64,000 nt of DNA, from contig NC_090399.1 of the NCBI RefSeq assembly GCF_036365525.1, positions 46,346,430 through 46,410,429 of the forward strand. Direction: 5' to 3'. The notes beneath the pieces are model-generated. The model was not told the DNA's origin. It saw only the letters and a program-made list of their open reading frames with translations, and searched no databases. Each line of letters opens with the position of its first letter. Position 1 is the first letter of the stretch. The stretch is from Heterodontus francisci. Lineage: Eukaryota. Shown here one piece after another: positions 11,869 to 25,372 of this stretch. Position numbers and translations under genes: made by a program.

Positions 11869-12877
11869 TGTGACAGAAGCCATATCTGCCAAATGGAAAA
11901 TATTAATTTAATTATATGGAACATTATTTGAACGTATACTGGACATTGAACATAACTTGTTTTAAAAAGACCACAGAACAGTGGCTGAAAACATGGCTGC
12001 ACATTTGCATTCTAAAAGACTGTGCCATGGAGAGACGAGCGAAGTATTTCTGGATTCAATTAGCTGGATGGGTTTATCAATAATGATGATCAAAAGACAT
12101 TCTGAGAGTCATTGACTGTGTAAGAGGCAGCATTCAACTCCACCAGCGCCAACCCCCCCAACCCGCCCTCACTCCCATCCCCACCGTTCCCACTGAGAGT
12201 GTCTGGTAAGCTTGGAAGAATCCCACAAACCTCACAGGAGAGGCTGTTTCAAACAGGGAGCTAGTCACATGACTAGCCTGCTGGCCTACCTGGAGTTATT
12301 TGAATGGTGCTCACAGAACAGTTTTTAGAAGAGACTACAATTGAACTTCAAGAAGAGAGCACTCCCTCTCTCTGTCTTCCTCTTTCACAAATTTCCAGGG
12401 ACCCACAGATAAAACTTAAGTCTCAAAACAGAAGACCAGCAAAACAAGTTTGAAAGTGTGCACTGGGCCCCAATGAGAACTGCAAGACTTAACTTCAATT
12501 AAAGACTTTACATCTAACCAAAAACCAGTAACTGAACTCCATCTATTACTTCACATCTTTCCCCTTTAATTCTTTCTCCTCCTCTGTCTCTATTTGCGTG
12601 TGTATTTATCGTGTATGCATGCTGGCACAGTCGTCTCATGTATTTTTAGTAGTTTTAACTGAGTTGGAGTTTTAAGATTACTAAACTTACACCTTTCTTG
12701 TTTAAATCTGAGAAAGCCTACCAGGTTGATTTCTTTGCCATTCCAATTATAGAGCAGTGAGCAAGGACTCACTGAGAGGAGTTAAAAACACTGTTTTCAA
12801 AGTTAAACCCTGTTACGGCCAAACCAGGAAAAGGCTGAGAGGGGAACCCTCGACTCCTTACTCACCTGGTCGCAACA
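11869..12877 (+). repeat. 5' LTR
   Basis: TG...CA; aligns along its length with 16306-17997. Confidence 0.9.
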
Positions 12878-12883
12878 GAAATT

Positions 12884-12901
12884 TGGGGGCTAGCACCCCA
12901 G
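12884..12901 (+). promoter_or_regulatory. Primer-binding site, tRNA-Pro-like (degenerate)
   Basis: TGGGGGCTAGC.. 6 nt after the LTR; canonical Pro PBS is TGGGGGCTCGTCCGGGAT. Confidence 0.55.
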
Positions 12902-13010
12902 ATTGGACAACAGACAAAAAGGAAATTGGGAGTGGGAAGTCAAATTGATCCCAATCAAAAAGAGCAAATATTTCACTACAGGTCTTCTTGTGGTTTGTGT
13001 GTGCTAGAAT

Positions 13011-15450
13011 ATGAACATGTCCGTGACTGAAGCCAGTAACTACCCCAGTCAGGGTGAAATAACTTGGGATAAGTTAAAAGCACTGTCCATGGAAGATTCG
13101 AGGAGTTTGTCTGAGCAGTCTGGGATCACTGTACGTGGCAAGGCTAGGAAGTCGGAACTCCTAACACAAATGGCCAACCATTTTTCCCTAGAATCTGAAG
13201 AAGCAGATACAGGGCTAGCAATAGACTCCGACAGGGTTTAGTTTAGAGAAATGTCACTGAAACAGGCCCTTTGGCCCACCGAGTCTGTGCCGACCATTAA
13301 CCACCCATTTATACTAATCCTACACTAATTCCATATTCCTACCACATCCCCACCTGTCCCTATATTTCCCTACCACCTACATATACTAGGGGCAATTGCT
13401 AATGGCCAATTTACCTATCAACCTGCAAGTCTTTGGCATGTGGGAGGAAACCGGAGCACCCGGAGGAAACCCATGCAGACACAGGGAGAACTTGCAAACT
13501 CCACACAGGCAGTACCCAGAATTGAACCCGGGTCGCTGGAGCTGTGAGGCTGCGGTGCTAACCACTGCGCCACTGTGCCGCCAATTGCCGCCAAGGGTAC
13601 TGATAGTAAAGATACAACTGGAACAGAGGAAATTTGAATTAGAAGACAGGGAAAGAGAAAGGCAGGAGAGAGAGAGAAAGAAAGAAAGAAATTTACAGAA
13701 GGAACGGGAGAAAAGAGAGCTGCGTTAGCTAGGGGGCAACACAGTAACCCGAGGGAAAGCATAGATAATATAACTCGTGCGGGGCTGTGTGCGGAATTTT
13801 TAAAATCTTCCCAATTGATTCCAAAATTCAATGAGGGAGACATGGAAGCATTTTTGTATCTTTTGAAAAACTGGTAAGGCAGTTATAATGGCTGTCTGAG
13901 TTTTGGACTCTTCTGTTCCAAAGTAAGTTAACAGGACAAGCCCATGAGGTTTATTCCCTGTTGCCAGATGAGAGTTCATAAAATTGTGAACTGACAAAAA
14001 ATGCAATCCTCGGGACACATGAGCTAGTAGCGGAAGCCTATCACCAGAAGTTCCGAACCTTCAGGAAACATGCTGATCAAACTTACTTGGAGTTTAAGAG
14101 AAGTAAGTAGCTGAACTTTGACCAGTGGTTGAGGGCTCTTAACGTGCAGCCCAGCTATGAAAACATCAGAGAGGTGATTTTGCCAGAGGAATTTAAAAAC
14201 TTTCTCCCCCTCTCCATGAAGACCCATGTGGAGGAACGAAAAGTGCGCACACAGTGAGGCAAGCCGCAGTTCTGGCTGGTGAGTTTGCTCTAATATACAA
14301 GTCAGTTCCCTGAGGAAAACCTTTCCTCGTTACCCCCACAAATCCGAAAAGGACAAAGGGTGGAAAGGTGATGGGAGCCTAATCAGTCCTGGGAGAGAAA
14401 GAAAAGCAGGAGACACAGGGGGCCATCCTCCAGCCAAAAAAGAAGGTGCTGGAAGTCGGAGTGAGACCTGGAGACCTATGTGCTTCCATTGTAATAAGGC
14501 AGGTCATCTGAGAGCTGCCTGCTGGAAACTACAGGGAAAGCCTGTAGGGTTAATCAGGGCACACCCGCTCAGTACAGGAGATGGGACCCTGATGGAAAGT
14601 ACAGCAGAACAAGCTGTGGCTTTAAATGCAGCAGTAGTAAGGCCCAGAAAACATACAGGAAAATTTAATAGGATTCCTGAAGGTTATCAAGATTTAGTGT
14701 CTGAAGGGAGAGTAACCCCATGCCTCTCGAGTGGGGCAAGCAAGCCCATAGTAATTCTCAGGGATACAGGGGCCACTAGATCCCTTTTACAGGGAAAAGG
14801 CCTGACCTTTCCCCCAGACAGTGCAGTGAAAACCAGAATGGTGGTGAATGGTATTGGAGGGCAGTGTGTGACTGTACCTGTATGCAGGGTGCACCTGGAG
14901 TGCGACCTAGTTTAGGGACCGGTGATCGAAGGGATTGTCCCTAGTTTCCCTGAGGACGGGGTTGACCAACTCCTAGATAATGATCTGGCGGGGTGAAGTT
15001 GGTAGCTTCCCCCGGAGTGAAAAAGAGAGCGCAGGAGATCAGAGAGACAGGGCAGTGGCAGTAGACAGTACCCTACAGTTTCCCTGAATGTGTAGTGACT
15101 CAGGCCATGACCAAACCAGCAACTCTCGAGGAGACCGAATTCGCACAGCAGGCAGATGACCATGAGGTCTGTCTGTCTGAAACAATCTTTGGAAAGTTAG
15201 AGGACCCAGGGAATGAATTAAATGAATCTTCCCTAGATGAGGCTCAGTGAGCCAACCCAGTATTGCAAGAGTTAGCACAGGCTGCCCAGTCTGAAAGCGA
15301 AGCAGAGGGTGTCCCTGATTGCTACTATTTAAAGAATGAGGTACTGATGAGGAAATGGAGTTCTCCTCACAGACCTGAGGACAAAGAATGGACAGTGGTT
15401 CACCAGTTAGTGGTGCCGCAGAGGTACTGGATAGCAATGGAAAGAATGGC
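13011..15450 (+). pseudogene. gag: Disrupted gag-protease and pre-integrase region of the Gmr1-like element
   Basis: IPKFNEGD gag motif, CCHC knuckle at ~14480, DTGA protease at ~14763, YYLKNEVLMRKW..QLVVPQRY; stops, frameshifts and a SINE insertion. Confidence 0.8.
13237..13582 (-). mobile_element. HE1-like V-SINE inserted in gag
   Basis: tRNA head GGCGGCACAGTGGCGCAGTGGTTAGC..GGGTTCAATTC, V domain GGAGTTTGCAAGTTCTCCC..GGTTTCCTCCGGGTGCTCCGG, CR1-type tail. Confidence 0.9.
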
Positions 15451-16305
15451 CCATGAGGAAAGGGGAAACAAGGATAAAGAGGACAGGTTAAAGAAGATTC
15501 AAGAGGATTCCCAAATGGAAAACCCTACTGTCCAGTCAGCTAACCCCGAAATATTTGAAAAGTTAGACCCCACATCCTCTTATGTAAATGCAGACAATAG
15601 AGGCACCCCACCAGAGTTGCCAACAGCATTTACAGGAACTTGCAGAGACAAAAGAAAGTCCTCAAGAGGGCAGAGAAACTGTGAGGGTGATGCCTCACCT
15701 CGTCGAAGTGCCAAAGGGGAGTACAGTAGAGACTGGACAAATACCTGCAAGCAGGAGTGTCCCAGAGGACAAAGGGAAGGTTAGCAAGGAATCTACCCAC
15801 ACAGTCAAGAGGATAGGTAACCAACCATCACCTGAGGTGAAAAGCCCTTGCTTGATTCATCAGAGCACTGAAAAAGTGATCAGAATGGATCCACCCAGTG
15901 CTAATCAGAAATCCAAACTAGGGCTCATTAAATCTAACCCTCCCCCTACAGACCTCAACAGGAACAAAGGCACCCGAGACAGTCATGGAAATGTGTGAAA
16001 AGAAAACCTCTCCAAAAATCACATGTTTATTGGGATGCCCATTCCCAAGGTATTGCAGGCTGATAGTGAAGAAACCTCATACCCCTTGGGCAACACATAA
16101 CTATCTCAGACCCACCTCAAGAGAAAAGGGGCAGTTTAAAGCAGCACTGCTACAAAGGAAAGACAATTTGTAACAATTTTTAAGATTTCTGAATGAATGA
16201 GAGTAAATGAGAGAAATGCATGTGTGTCTTTCTGCACTTTCTTCTCTTTCTATTTTATAATGAAATGTTCCCTGAATGTCATATTTCATAAGCGAGATAT
16301 GGAGG

Positions 16306-17997
16306 TGTGACAGAAACCACACCTGCCAAATGGAAAATATTAATTTTGTCATTATTTGAACTCCTCCTGGACAATGAACATAACTTGTTTTAAAAAGACC
16401 ACAGAACAGTGGCTGAAAACATAGCTGCATATTTGCATTCTAAATGGCATGGAGAGACAATGGCACTGTTCCCAGATTCAATTAGCCAGATGGGTTTTGT
16501 CAATAATGATGATCAAAAAGACACTGAGAGTTATTGACTGTGTCCTTTTGGGCCTCCTTATCTCGAGAGACAATGGATATGCGCCTGGAGGTGGTCAGTG
16601 GTTTGTGAAGCAGCGCCTGGAGTGGCTATAAAGGCCAATTCTTGAGTGACAGGCTCTTCCACAGGTGCTGCAGAGAAATTTGTTTGTAGGGGCTGTTGCA
16701 CAGTTGGCTCTCCCCTTGCGCCTCTGTCTTTATTCCTGCCAACTACTAAGTCTCTTCGACTCGCCACAATTTAGCCCTGTCTTTATGGCTGCCCGCCAGC
16801 TCTGGCGAATGCTGGCAACTGACTCCCACGACTTGTGATCAATGTCACACGATTTCGTGTCGCGTTTGCAGACGTCTTTAAAGCGGAGACATGGACGGCT
16901 GGTGGGTCTGATACCAGTGGCGAGCTCGCTGTACAATGTGTCTTTGGGGATCCTGCCATCTTCCATGCGGCTCACATGGCCAAGCCATCTCAAGCGCCGC
17001 TGACTCAGTAGTGTGTATAAGCTGGGGGTGTTGGCCGCTTCAAGGACTTCTGTGTTGGAGATATAGTCCTGCCACCTGATGCCAAGTATTCTCCGGAGGC
17101 AGCGAAGATGGAATGAATTGAGACGTCGCTCTTGGCTGGCATACGTTGTCCAGGCCTCGCTGCCATAGAGCAAGGTACTGAGGACACAGGCCTGATACAC
17201 TGTGTAAGTGTGTAAGAGGCTGTGTGTAAGGCTGTGTAAGAGGCAGCATTCCACCCCTGCCCACTCCCCCTCCCCCCCCCCCCCCCCCCCCCCCCCACTG
17301 TGAGTGTCTGGTGAGCTTGGAGGAATCCACAAACCTCGCATGAGAGACTGTTTCAAACAGAGAGCTAGTCACATGACTAACCTGCTGGCCAACCTGGAGT
17401 TATTTGAAATGTGATCACAGAACAATTTTTAGAAGAGAATACAATTGAATGTCAAGATGAGAACACTCCCTCTCTCTGTCTCTCTGTCTCTCTCTCTCTG
17501 TCACGCAATGTTCCAGGAACCCACAGAAGAAACATAAACCTCAAGACTGAAGATCAGCAAAACAAGTTTGAAAGTATGCACTGGGTCCCAACAAGAACTG
17601 CAAGACCTAACTTCAATCAAAGACTTTACATCCAACCCAAAACCAGTAATCGAACTCCATTTATTACTTCAAAATTTTTCCCTTTAATACTTTCTCCCCC
17701 TCTGTCTCTATTTGTGCCTGTGTTTATCATGTATGCCTGCTCGCATCGTCACATCGTGCATTTTCAGTAGTTTTAGCTGAGGTGGAATTTTAAGGTGACT
17801 AAACTTATACTTTTCTTGTTTAAATCTGAGAAAACCTGTCAGGTTGATTACTTTGCAATCACAATTAGAAAGCGGTGAGCAAGGACTCACTGAGGGGAGT
17901 TAAAAACACTGTGTTTTAAAAGGTTAACCCTGCTATGGCCAAACTAGGAAAAGGCTGAGAGGGGTGTTTTAGGCCCCTTTCTCTCCTGGTCGTAACA
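16306..17997 (+). repeat. 3' LTR, interrupted by an RTE insertion
   Basis: Homologous to the 5' LTR; preceded by purine-rich GAGATATGGAGG. Confidence 0.9.
16543..17200 (-). mobile_element. 5'-truncated RTE LINE 3' end inside the 3' LTR
   Basis: VYQACVLSTLLYGSEAW..FHLRCLRRILGIRWQD..RRLRWLGHVSRMEDGRIPK; absent from the 5' LTR. Confidence 0.9.
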
Positions 17998-18111
17998 ATA
18001 TGGTCAGATATTCAGAAATCGGAAAGGCTCCCCTTCCAGATCAAGCATGTGTTCAGTGTCTAGAACTAAAAAAAATAGTTCAGGAAATGAGGAGTAAATC
18101 AATCCTCAAAC

Positions 18112-21100
18112 CACTGATGCTGGGGCAAAGGGTCCAATTTGCTCACACTGGGGAAGAAGGTCCGATTCACTCACACTGGCGAACAAACCCTGACTCGCTC
18201 ACACTGGGGCACAGGCCCCGACTCTTCACACTGGGGAACAGGCCCCGACTCATTCACACTGGGGAACAGGATCCGATTCACTCACACTAGGGAACAGGAT
18301 CCGACTCACTCACACTAGGGAACAGGCCCCGACTCTTCACACTGGGGAACAGGCCCCGACTCATTCACACTGGGGAACAGGATCCGACTCACTCACACTG
18401 GGAAACAGACCCCGACTCACTCACACTGGGAAACAGGATCCGACTCACTCACACTGGGAGACAGACCCCGACTCACTCACACTGGGGAATAGGATCCGAC
18501 TCACACACTGGGAAACAGGCACTGACTCACTCACATTGGGGAACAGGATCCGATTCACTCACACTGGGGAACAGGCACTGACACTCACATTGGGGAACAT
18601 CGTCCGATTCACTCACACTAGGGAACAGGCAATGACTCACTCACATTGGGGAACAGGGTCCAATTCACTCACACTGGGGAACAGGCACTGACTCACTCAC
18701 ATTGGGGAACAGGATCCGATTCACTCACACTGGGGAACAGGCACTGACACTCACATTGGGGAACATCGTCCGATTCACTCACACTAGGGAACAGGCAATG
18801 ACTCACTCACATTGGGGAACAGGGTCCAATTCACTCACACTGGGGAACAGGCACTGACTCACTCACACTGGGGAACATCGTCCGATTCACTCACACTGGG
18901 GAACAGGCAATGACTCACTCACATTGGGGAACAGGGTCCAATTCACTCACATTGGGGAACATCGTCCGATTCACTCACACTGGGGAACAGGCAATGACTC
19001 ACTCACACTGGGGAACAGGGTCCAATTCACTCACACTGGGGAACAGACCCCGACTCACTCACACTGGGGAACAGGATCCGACTCACTCACACTGGGAAAC
19101 AGACCCCGACTCACTCACACTGGGGCACAGGCCCCGACTCTTCACACTGGGGAACAGGCCCCGACTCACTCACACTGGGGAACAGGATCCGACTCACTCA
19201 CACTGGGAAACAGACCCCGACTCACTCACACTGGGGCACAGGCCCCGACTCTTCACACTGGGGAACAGGCCCCGACTCATTCACACTAGGGAACAGGATC
19301 CGACTCACTCATACTGGGGAACAGGATCCGACTCACTCACACTGGGAAACAGACCCCGACTCACTCACACTGGGGAACAGGATCCGACTCACTCACACTG
19401 GGAAACAGACCCCGACTCACTCACACTGGGGAACAGGATCCGATTCACTCACACTGGGGAACAGGATCCGACTCACTCACACTGGGAAACAGACCCCGAC
19501 TCACTCACACTGGGGAACAGGATCCGACTCACTCACACTGGGGAACAGGATCCGACTCACTCACACTGGGAAACAGACCCCGACTCACTCACACTGGGGA
19601 ACAGGATCCGACTCACTCACACTGGGAAACAGACCCCGACTCACTCACACTGGGGAACAGGATCCGATTCACTCACACTGGGGAACAGGATCCGACTCAC
19701 TCACACTGGGAAACAGACCCCGACTCACTCACACTGGGAAACAGATCCCAACTCACTCACACTGGGGAACAGGATCCGATTCACTCACACTGGGGAACAG
19801 GATCCGATTCACTCACACTGGGGAACAGGATCCGACTCACTCACACTGGGAAACAGACCCCGACTCACTCACACTGGGAAACAGACCCCGACTCACTCAC
19901 ACTGGGGAACAGGATCCGACTCACTCACACTGGGAAACAGACCCCGACTCACTCACACTGGGAAACAGACCCCGACTCACTCACACTGGGGAACATGATC
20001 CGACTCACTCACACTGGGGAACAGGCACTGACTCACCTACATTGGGGAACATCGTCCGATTCACTCACACTGGGGAACAGGATCCGATTCACTCACACTG
20101 GGGAACAGGATCCGATTCACTCACACTGGGGAACAGGATCCGACTCACTCACACTGGGAAACAGACCCCGACTCACTCACACTGGGAAACAGACCCCGAC
20201 TCACTCACACTGGGGAACAGGATCCGACTCACTCACACTGGGAAACAGACCCCGACTCACTCACACTGGGAAACAGACCCCGACTCACTCACACTGGGGA
20301 ACATGATCCGACTCACTCACACTGGGGAACAGGCACTGACTCACCTACATTGGGGAACATCGTCCGATTCACTCACACTGGGGAACAGGGTCCGATTCAC
20401 TCACACTGGGGAACAGGCAATGACTCACTCACACTGGGGAACAGGATCTGACTCACTCACACTGGGAAACAGACCCCGACTCACTCACACTGGGGAACAG
20501 GATCCGATTCACTCACACTGGGGAACAGGATCCGACTCACTCACACTGGGAAACAGACCCCGACTCACTCACACTGGGGAACAGGATCCGATTCACTCAC
20601 ACTGGGGAACAGGATCCGACTCACTCACACTGGGAAACAGACCCCGACTCACTCACACTGGGGAACAGGATCCGACTCACTCACACTGGGAAACAGACCC
20701 CGACTCACTCACACTGGGGAACAGGATCCGACTCACTCACACTGGGAAACAGACCCCGACTCACTCACACTGGGGAACAGGATCCGACTCACTCACACTG
20801 GGAAACAGACCCCGACTCACTCACACTGGGAAACAGACCCCGACTCACTCACACTGGGGAACAGGATCCGACTCACTCACACTGGGGAACAGGATCCGAC
20901 TCACTCACACTGGGAAACAGACCCCGACTCACTCACACTGGGGAACATGATCCGACTCACTCACACTGGGGAACAGGCACTGACTCACCTACATTGGGGA
21001 ACATCGTCCGATTCACTCACACTGGGGAACAGGCACTGACTCACTCACATTGGGGAACATCGTCCGATTCACTCACACTGGGGCACAGACCCCGACTCAC

Positions 21101-23931
21101 TCACACTGGGGAACTGACCCCGACTCACGCACACTGGGGAACATGGCCAGACTCACGCACACTGGGGAACATGGTCCGATTCACTCACACTGGGGAACAG
21201 GGTCCGACCAATTCACATTTGGGAACATGGTCCAATTCACTCACATTGGGGACCAGACCCCAACTCACTCACACTGGGGAACTGACCCCGACTCACGCAC
21301 ACTGGGGAACATGGCCAGTCTCACGCACACTGGGGAACATGGCCCGACTCACGCACAATGGGGAACATGGTCCGATTCACTCACACTGGGGAACAGGGTC
21401 CGACCAATTCACATTTGGGAACATGGTCCAATTCACTCACATTGGGGACCAGACCCCAACTCACTCACACTGGGGAACAGGCCCCGACTCATTCACACTA
21501 GGGAACAGGATCCGACTCACTCATACTGGGGAACAGGATCCGACTCACTCACACTGGGAAACAGACCCCGACTCACTCACACTGGGGAACAGGATCCGAC
21601 TCACTCACACTGGGAAACAGACCCCGACTCACTCACACTGGGGAACAGGATCCGATTCACTCACACTGGGGAACAGGATCCGACTCACTCACACTGGGAA
21701 ACAGACCCCGACTCACTCACACTGGGGAACAGGATCCGACTCACTCACACTGGGGAACAGGATCCGACTCACTCACACTGGGAAACAGACCCCGACTCAC
21801 TCACACTGGGGAACAGGATCCGACTCACTCACACTGGGAAACAGACCCCGACTCACTCACACTGGGGAACAGGATCCGATTCACTCACACTGGGGAACAG
21901 GATCCGACTCACTCACACTGGGAAACAGACCCCGACTCACTCACACTGGGAAACAGATCCCAACTCACTCACACTGGGGAACAGGATCCGATTCACTCAC
22001 ACTGGGGAACAGGATCCGATTCACTCACACTGGGGAACAGGATCCGACTCACTCACACTGGGAAACAGACCCCGACTCACTCACACTGGGAAACAGACCC
22101 CGACTCACTCACACTGGGGAACAGGATCCGACTCACTCACACTGGGAAACAGACCCCGACTCACTCACACTGGGAAACAGACCCCGACTCACTCACACTG
22201 GGGAACATGATCCGACTCACTCACACTGGGGAACAGGCACTGACTCACCTACATTGGGGAACATCGTCCGATTCACTCACACTGGGGAACAGGATCCGAT
22301 TCACTCACACTGGGGAACAGGATCCGATTCACTCACACTGGGGAACAGGATCCGACTCACTCACACTGGGAAACAGACCCCGACTCACTCACACTGGGAA
22401 ACAGACCCCGACTCACTCACACTGGGGAACAGGATCCGACTCACTCACACTGGGAAACAGACCCCGACTCACTCACACTGGGAAACAGACCCCGACTCAC
22501 TCACACTGGGGAACATGATCCGACTCACTCACACTGGGGAACAGGCACTGACTCACCTACATTGGGGAACATCGTCCGATTCACTCACACTGGGGAACAG
22601 GGTCCGATTCACTCACACTGGGGAACAGGCAATGACTCACTCACACTGGGGAACAGGATCTGACTCACTCACACTGGGAAACAGACCCCGACTCACTCAC
22701 ACTGGGGAACAGGATCCGATTCACTCACACTGGGGAACAGGATCCGACTCACTCACACTGGGAAACAGACCCCGACTCACTCACACTGGGGAACAGGATC
22801 CGATTCACTCACACTGGGGAACAGGATCCGACTCACTCACACTGGGAAACAGACCCCGACTCACTCACACTGGGGAACAGGATCCGACTCACTCACACTG
22901 GGAAACAGACCCCGACTCACTCACACTGGGGAACAGGATCCGACTCACTCACACTGGGAAACAGACCCCGACTCACTCACACTGGGGAACAGGATCCGAC
23001 TCACTCACACTGGGAAACAGACCCCGACTCACTCACACTGGGAAACAGACCCCGACTCACTCACACTGGGGAACAGGATCCGACTCACTCACACTGGGGA
23101 ACAGGATCCGACTCACTCACACTGGGAAACAGACCCCGACTCACTCACACTGGGGAACATGATCCGACTCACTCACACTGGGGAACAGGCACTGACTCAC
23201 CTACATTGGGGAACATCGTCCGATTCACTCACACTGGGGAACAGGCACTGACTCACTCACATTGGGGAACATCGTCCGATTCACTCACACTGGGGCACAG
23301 ACCCCGACTCACTCACACTGGGGAACTGACCCCGACTCACGCACACTGGGGAACATGGCCAGACTCACGCACACTGGGGAACATGGTCCGATTCACTCAC
23401 ACTGGGGAACAGGGTCCGACCAATTCACATTTGGGAACATGGTCCAATTCACTCACATTGGGGACCAGACCCCAACTCACTCACACTGGGGAACTGACCC
23501 CGACTCACGCACACTGGGGAACATGGCCAGTCTCACGCACACTGGGGAACATGGCCCGACTCACGCACAATGGGGAACATGGTCCGATTCACTCACACTG
23601 GGGAACAGGGTCCGACCAATTCACATTTGGGAACATGGTCCAATTCACTCACATTGGGGACCAGACCCCAACTCACTCACACTGGGGAACAGACCCCGAT
23701 TCACTCACACTGGGGAACAGGATCCGACTCACTCACACTGGGAAACAGACCCCGACTCACTCACACTGGGGAACAGGGTCCGACCAATTCACATTTGGGA
23801 ACATGGTCCAAATCATTCAGACTGGGGAACAGACCCCGACTCACACTGGGGAACAGGGTCCGACTCATTCTCACTGCGGAACAGACCCCGACGCACTCAC
23901 ACAGGGGAGCAGACCCTGACTCACTGACACT
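18112..23931 (+). repeat. 28-bp tandem satellite (~205 units), consensus GACTCACTCACACTGGGGAACAGGATCC, with higher-order repeats
   Basis: Direct reading; diagnostic variants recur at 308, 952 and 2212 bp spacing (multiples of 28). Confidence 0.97.
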
Positions 23932-25238
23932 GGTCTTTAGTCTGCTATTTTCTCTTTTTTATTCTGCTGTGCATGAGTAGAACTGTTGGATGATCCAAGT
24001 TCTTCATTCGGGTTGAACTGTGGCTTGGTTGATCGCAGCATCACTGCTTCATCAAACATTTGAGATGCTTGGTCTTGTATTTGCTGCTGCTTTGGTATCA
24101 CCACCTTCTGTTTCTCCTTATCATCCCTTCAATTTCCCTCACTATTTCAGGCCACCATAATGAATGTCTTACCCTGCCTCTTCTCTTCGTAACACCCAAA
24201 TATCCTAGAGCAATCTCTCCAAAATCTCTAATCTCAAGAATCTAGGGATAACTAATCCCTCATCGTAGATCAGTGAATCATCAACAATGCTGAGATGACA
24301 CCTCTGTTTGTAATACTATCTTCAAACAGAGTTATGTGGCATATACTCTGGCCATCCATTCAAGGAATATTGCCAGATTGTCGCACCTACTTCATCTGCT
24401 TTCCGCACATTCTTGATCTCACTCTGTTTCTGAACTGTAGCAGTTAAAGTTGTCATCATAAAAGCAAAACCTTTGACTCTTTGAGGAGTAAAAAGTCTTT
24501 TTCTGGTCCTGTTGCTGAAATCCGAGATAAAGCACCTGCTTTTTTCCTGGAATGCATTCAGTTTCACATCAAATCTCATCAATCTTAGCCTAAATCTCCT
24601 CCACAAGCTCCTTTCAGTTTCGTAGCTGTAACCAGTAGTTTATGGTTTGTTTAGATTTCGAATTGAAGTCCAAGGATGTAATCTGAAAATTTTTCTCATG
24701 CCCAGGATGCTGCCAATGCTTCCTTTTCTATGATTGTGTATCTGTTCAGTTTCTGTTAATGAACGAGATGGAAAATATACCGGACTGTGTCTCCCATCTC
24801 TCTGCACTTAAAATAGGACCACTCCGAATCCTGTAGATGATGCATTCGCAGCTATGATGGCAGATAACTCGGAGTCATAATGTGCTATCATTTCTGATGA
24901 TACTAACATGTTCTGGATTTTCTCAAATGATTCTTGTTGGGCTTCTTTCCAACACCAAACATCATCGTTTTTCAACAATTATCGCAATGTCTTACTGATC
25001 ATTGCTAAGTTGGGTAGAAATTTTCCTGCTTGATTCACCATTCTCACAAACCTCTGAAGCTCTGTAATGATTTTAGGCACTGGGAATTCCTTGATCACCT
25101 TTGTCTTTTGTGGATCTGCTCTCATACTGGACTCAATATGTCTGAGAAACTTTACCATTGGCTACGATAAAACACATTTTTCATTCAGTGTGAGACCTGC
25201 TTCTTTCAATCGTCATAGTCAGGCTCTTACTTTAGCAT

Positions 25239-25372
25239 AAAAGCAAAATACTGCGGATGCTGGAAATCTGAAATAAAAACAAGAAATGCTGGAATCACTC
25301 AGCAGGTCTGGCAGCATCTGTGGAAAGAGAAGCAGAGTTAACGTTTCGGGTCAATGACCCTTCATCGGAACT
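25239..25372 (-). mobile_element. Short hammerhead-bearing element (copy 2) inserted in Gypsy RT
   Basis: Minus AGTT-CCGATGA-AGGGTC-ATT-GACCC-GAAACGTT-AACT; ACTTTAGCAT repeated at 25229-25238 and 25370-25379. Confidence 0.75.

Larger units (their letters stand above)
11869..17997 (+). mobile_element. Gmr1-like Gypsy LTR retrotransposon, internally deleted, both LTRs present, 4-bp TSD ATAT
   Basis: LTRs TGTGACAGAA...GGTCG(C/T)AACA at 11869-12877 and 16306-17997; ATAT at 11865-11868 and 17998-18001; PBS-like TGGGGGCT after the 5' LTR; zinc knuckle CFHCNKAGHLRAAC; protease ILRDTGATRS; no IN core or RT. Confidence 0.9.

Noticed and set aside
18112-23931. CRISPR array or C2H2 zinc-finger gene
   Set aside because: Units are contiguous with no unique spacers, context is eukaryotic, and the translation has no Cys pairs
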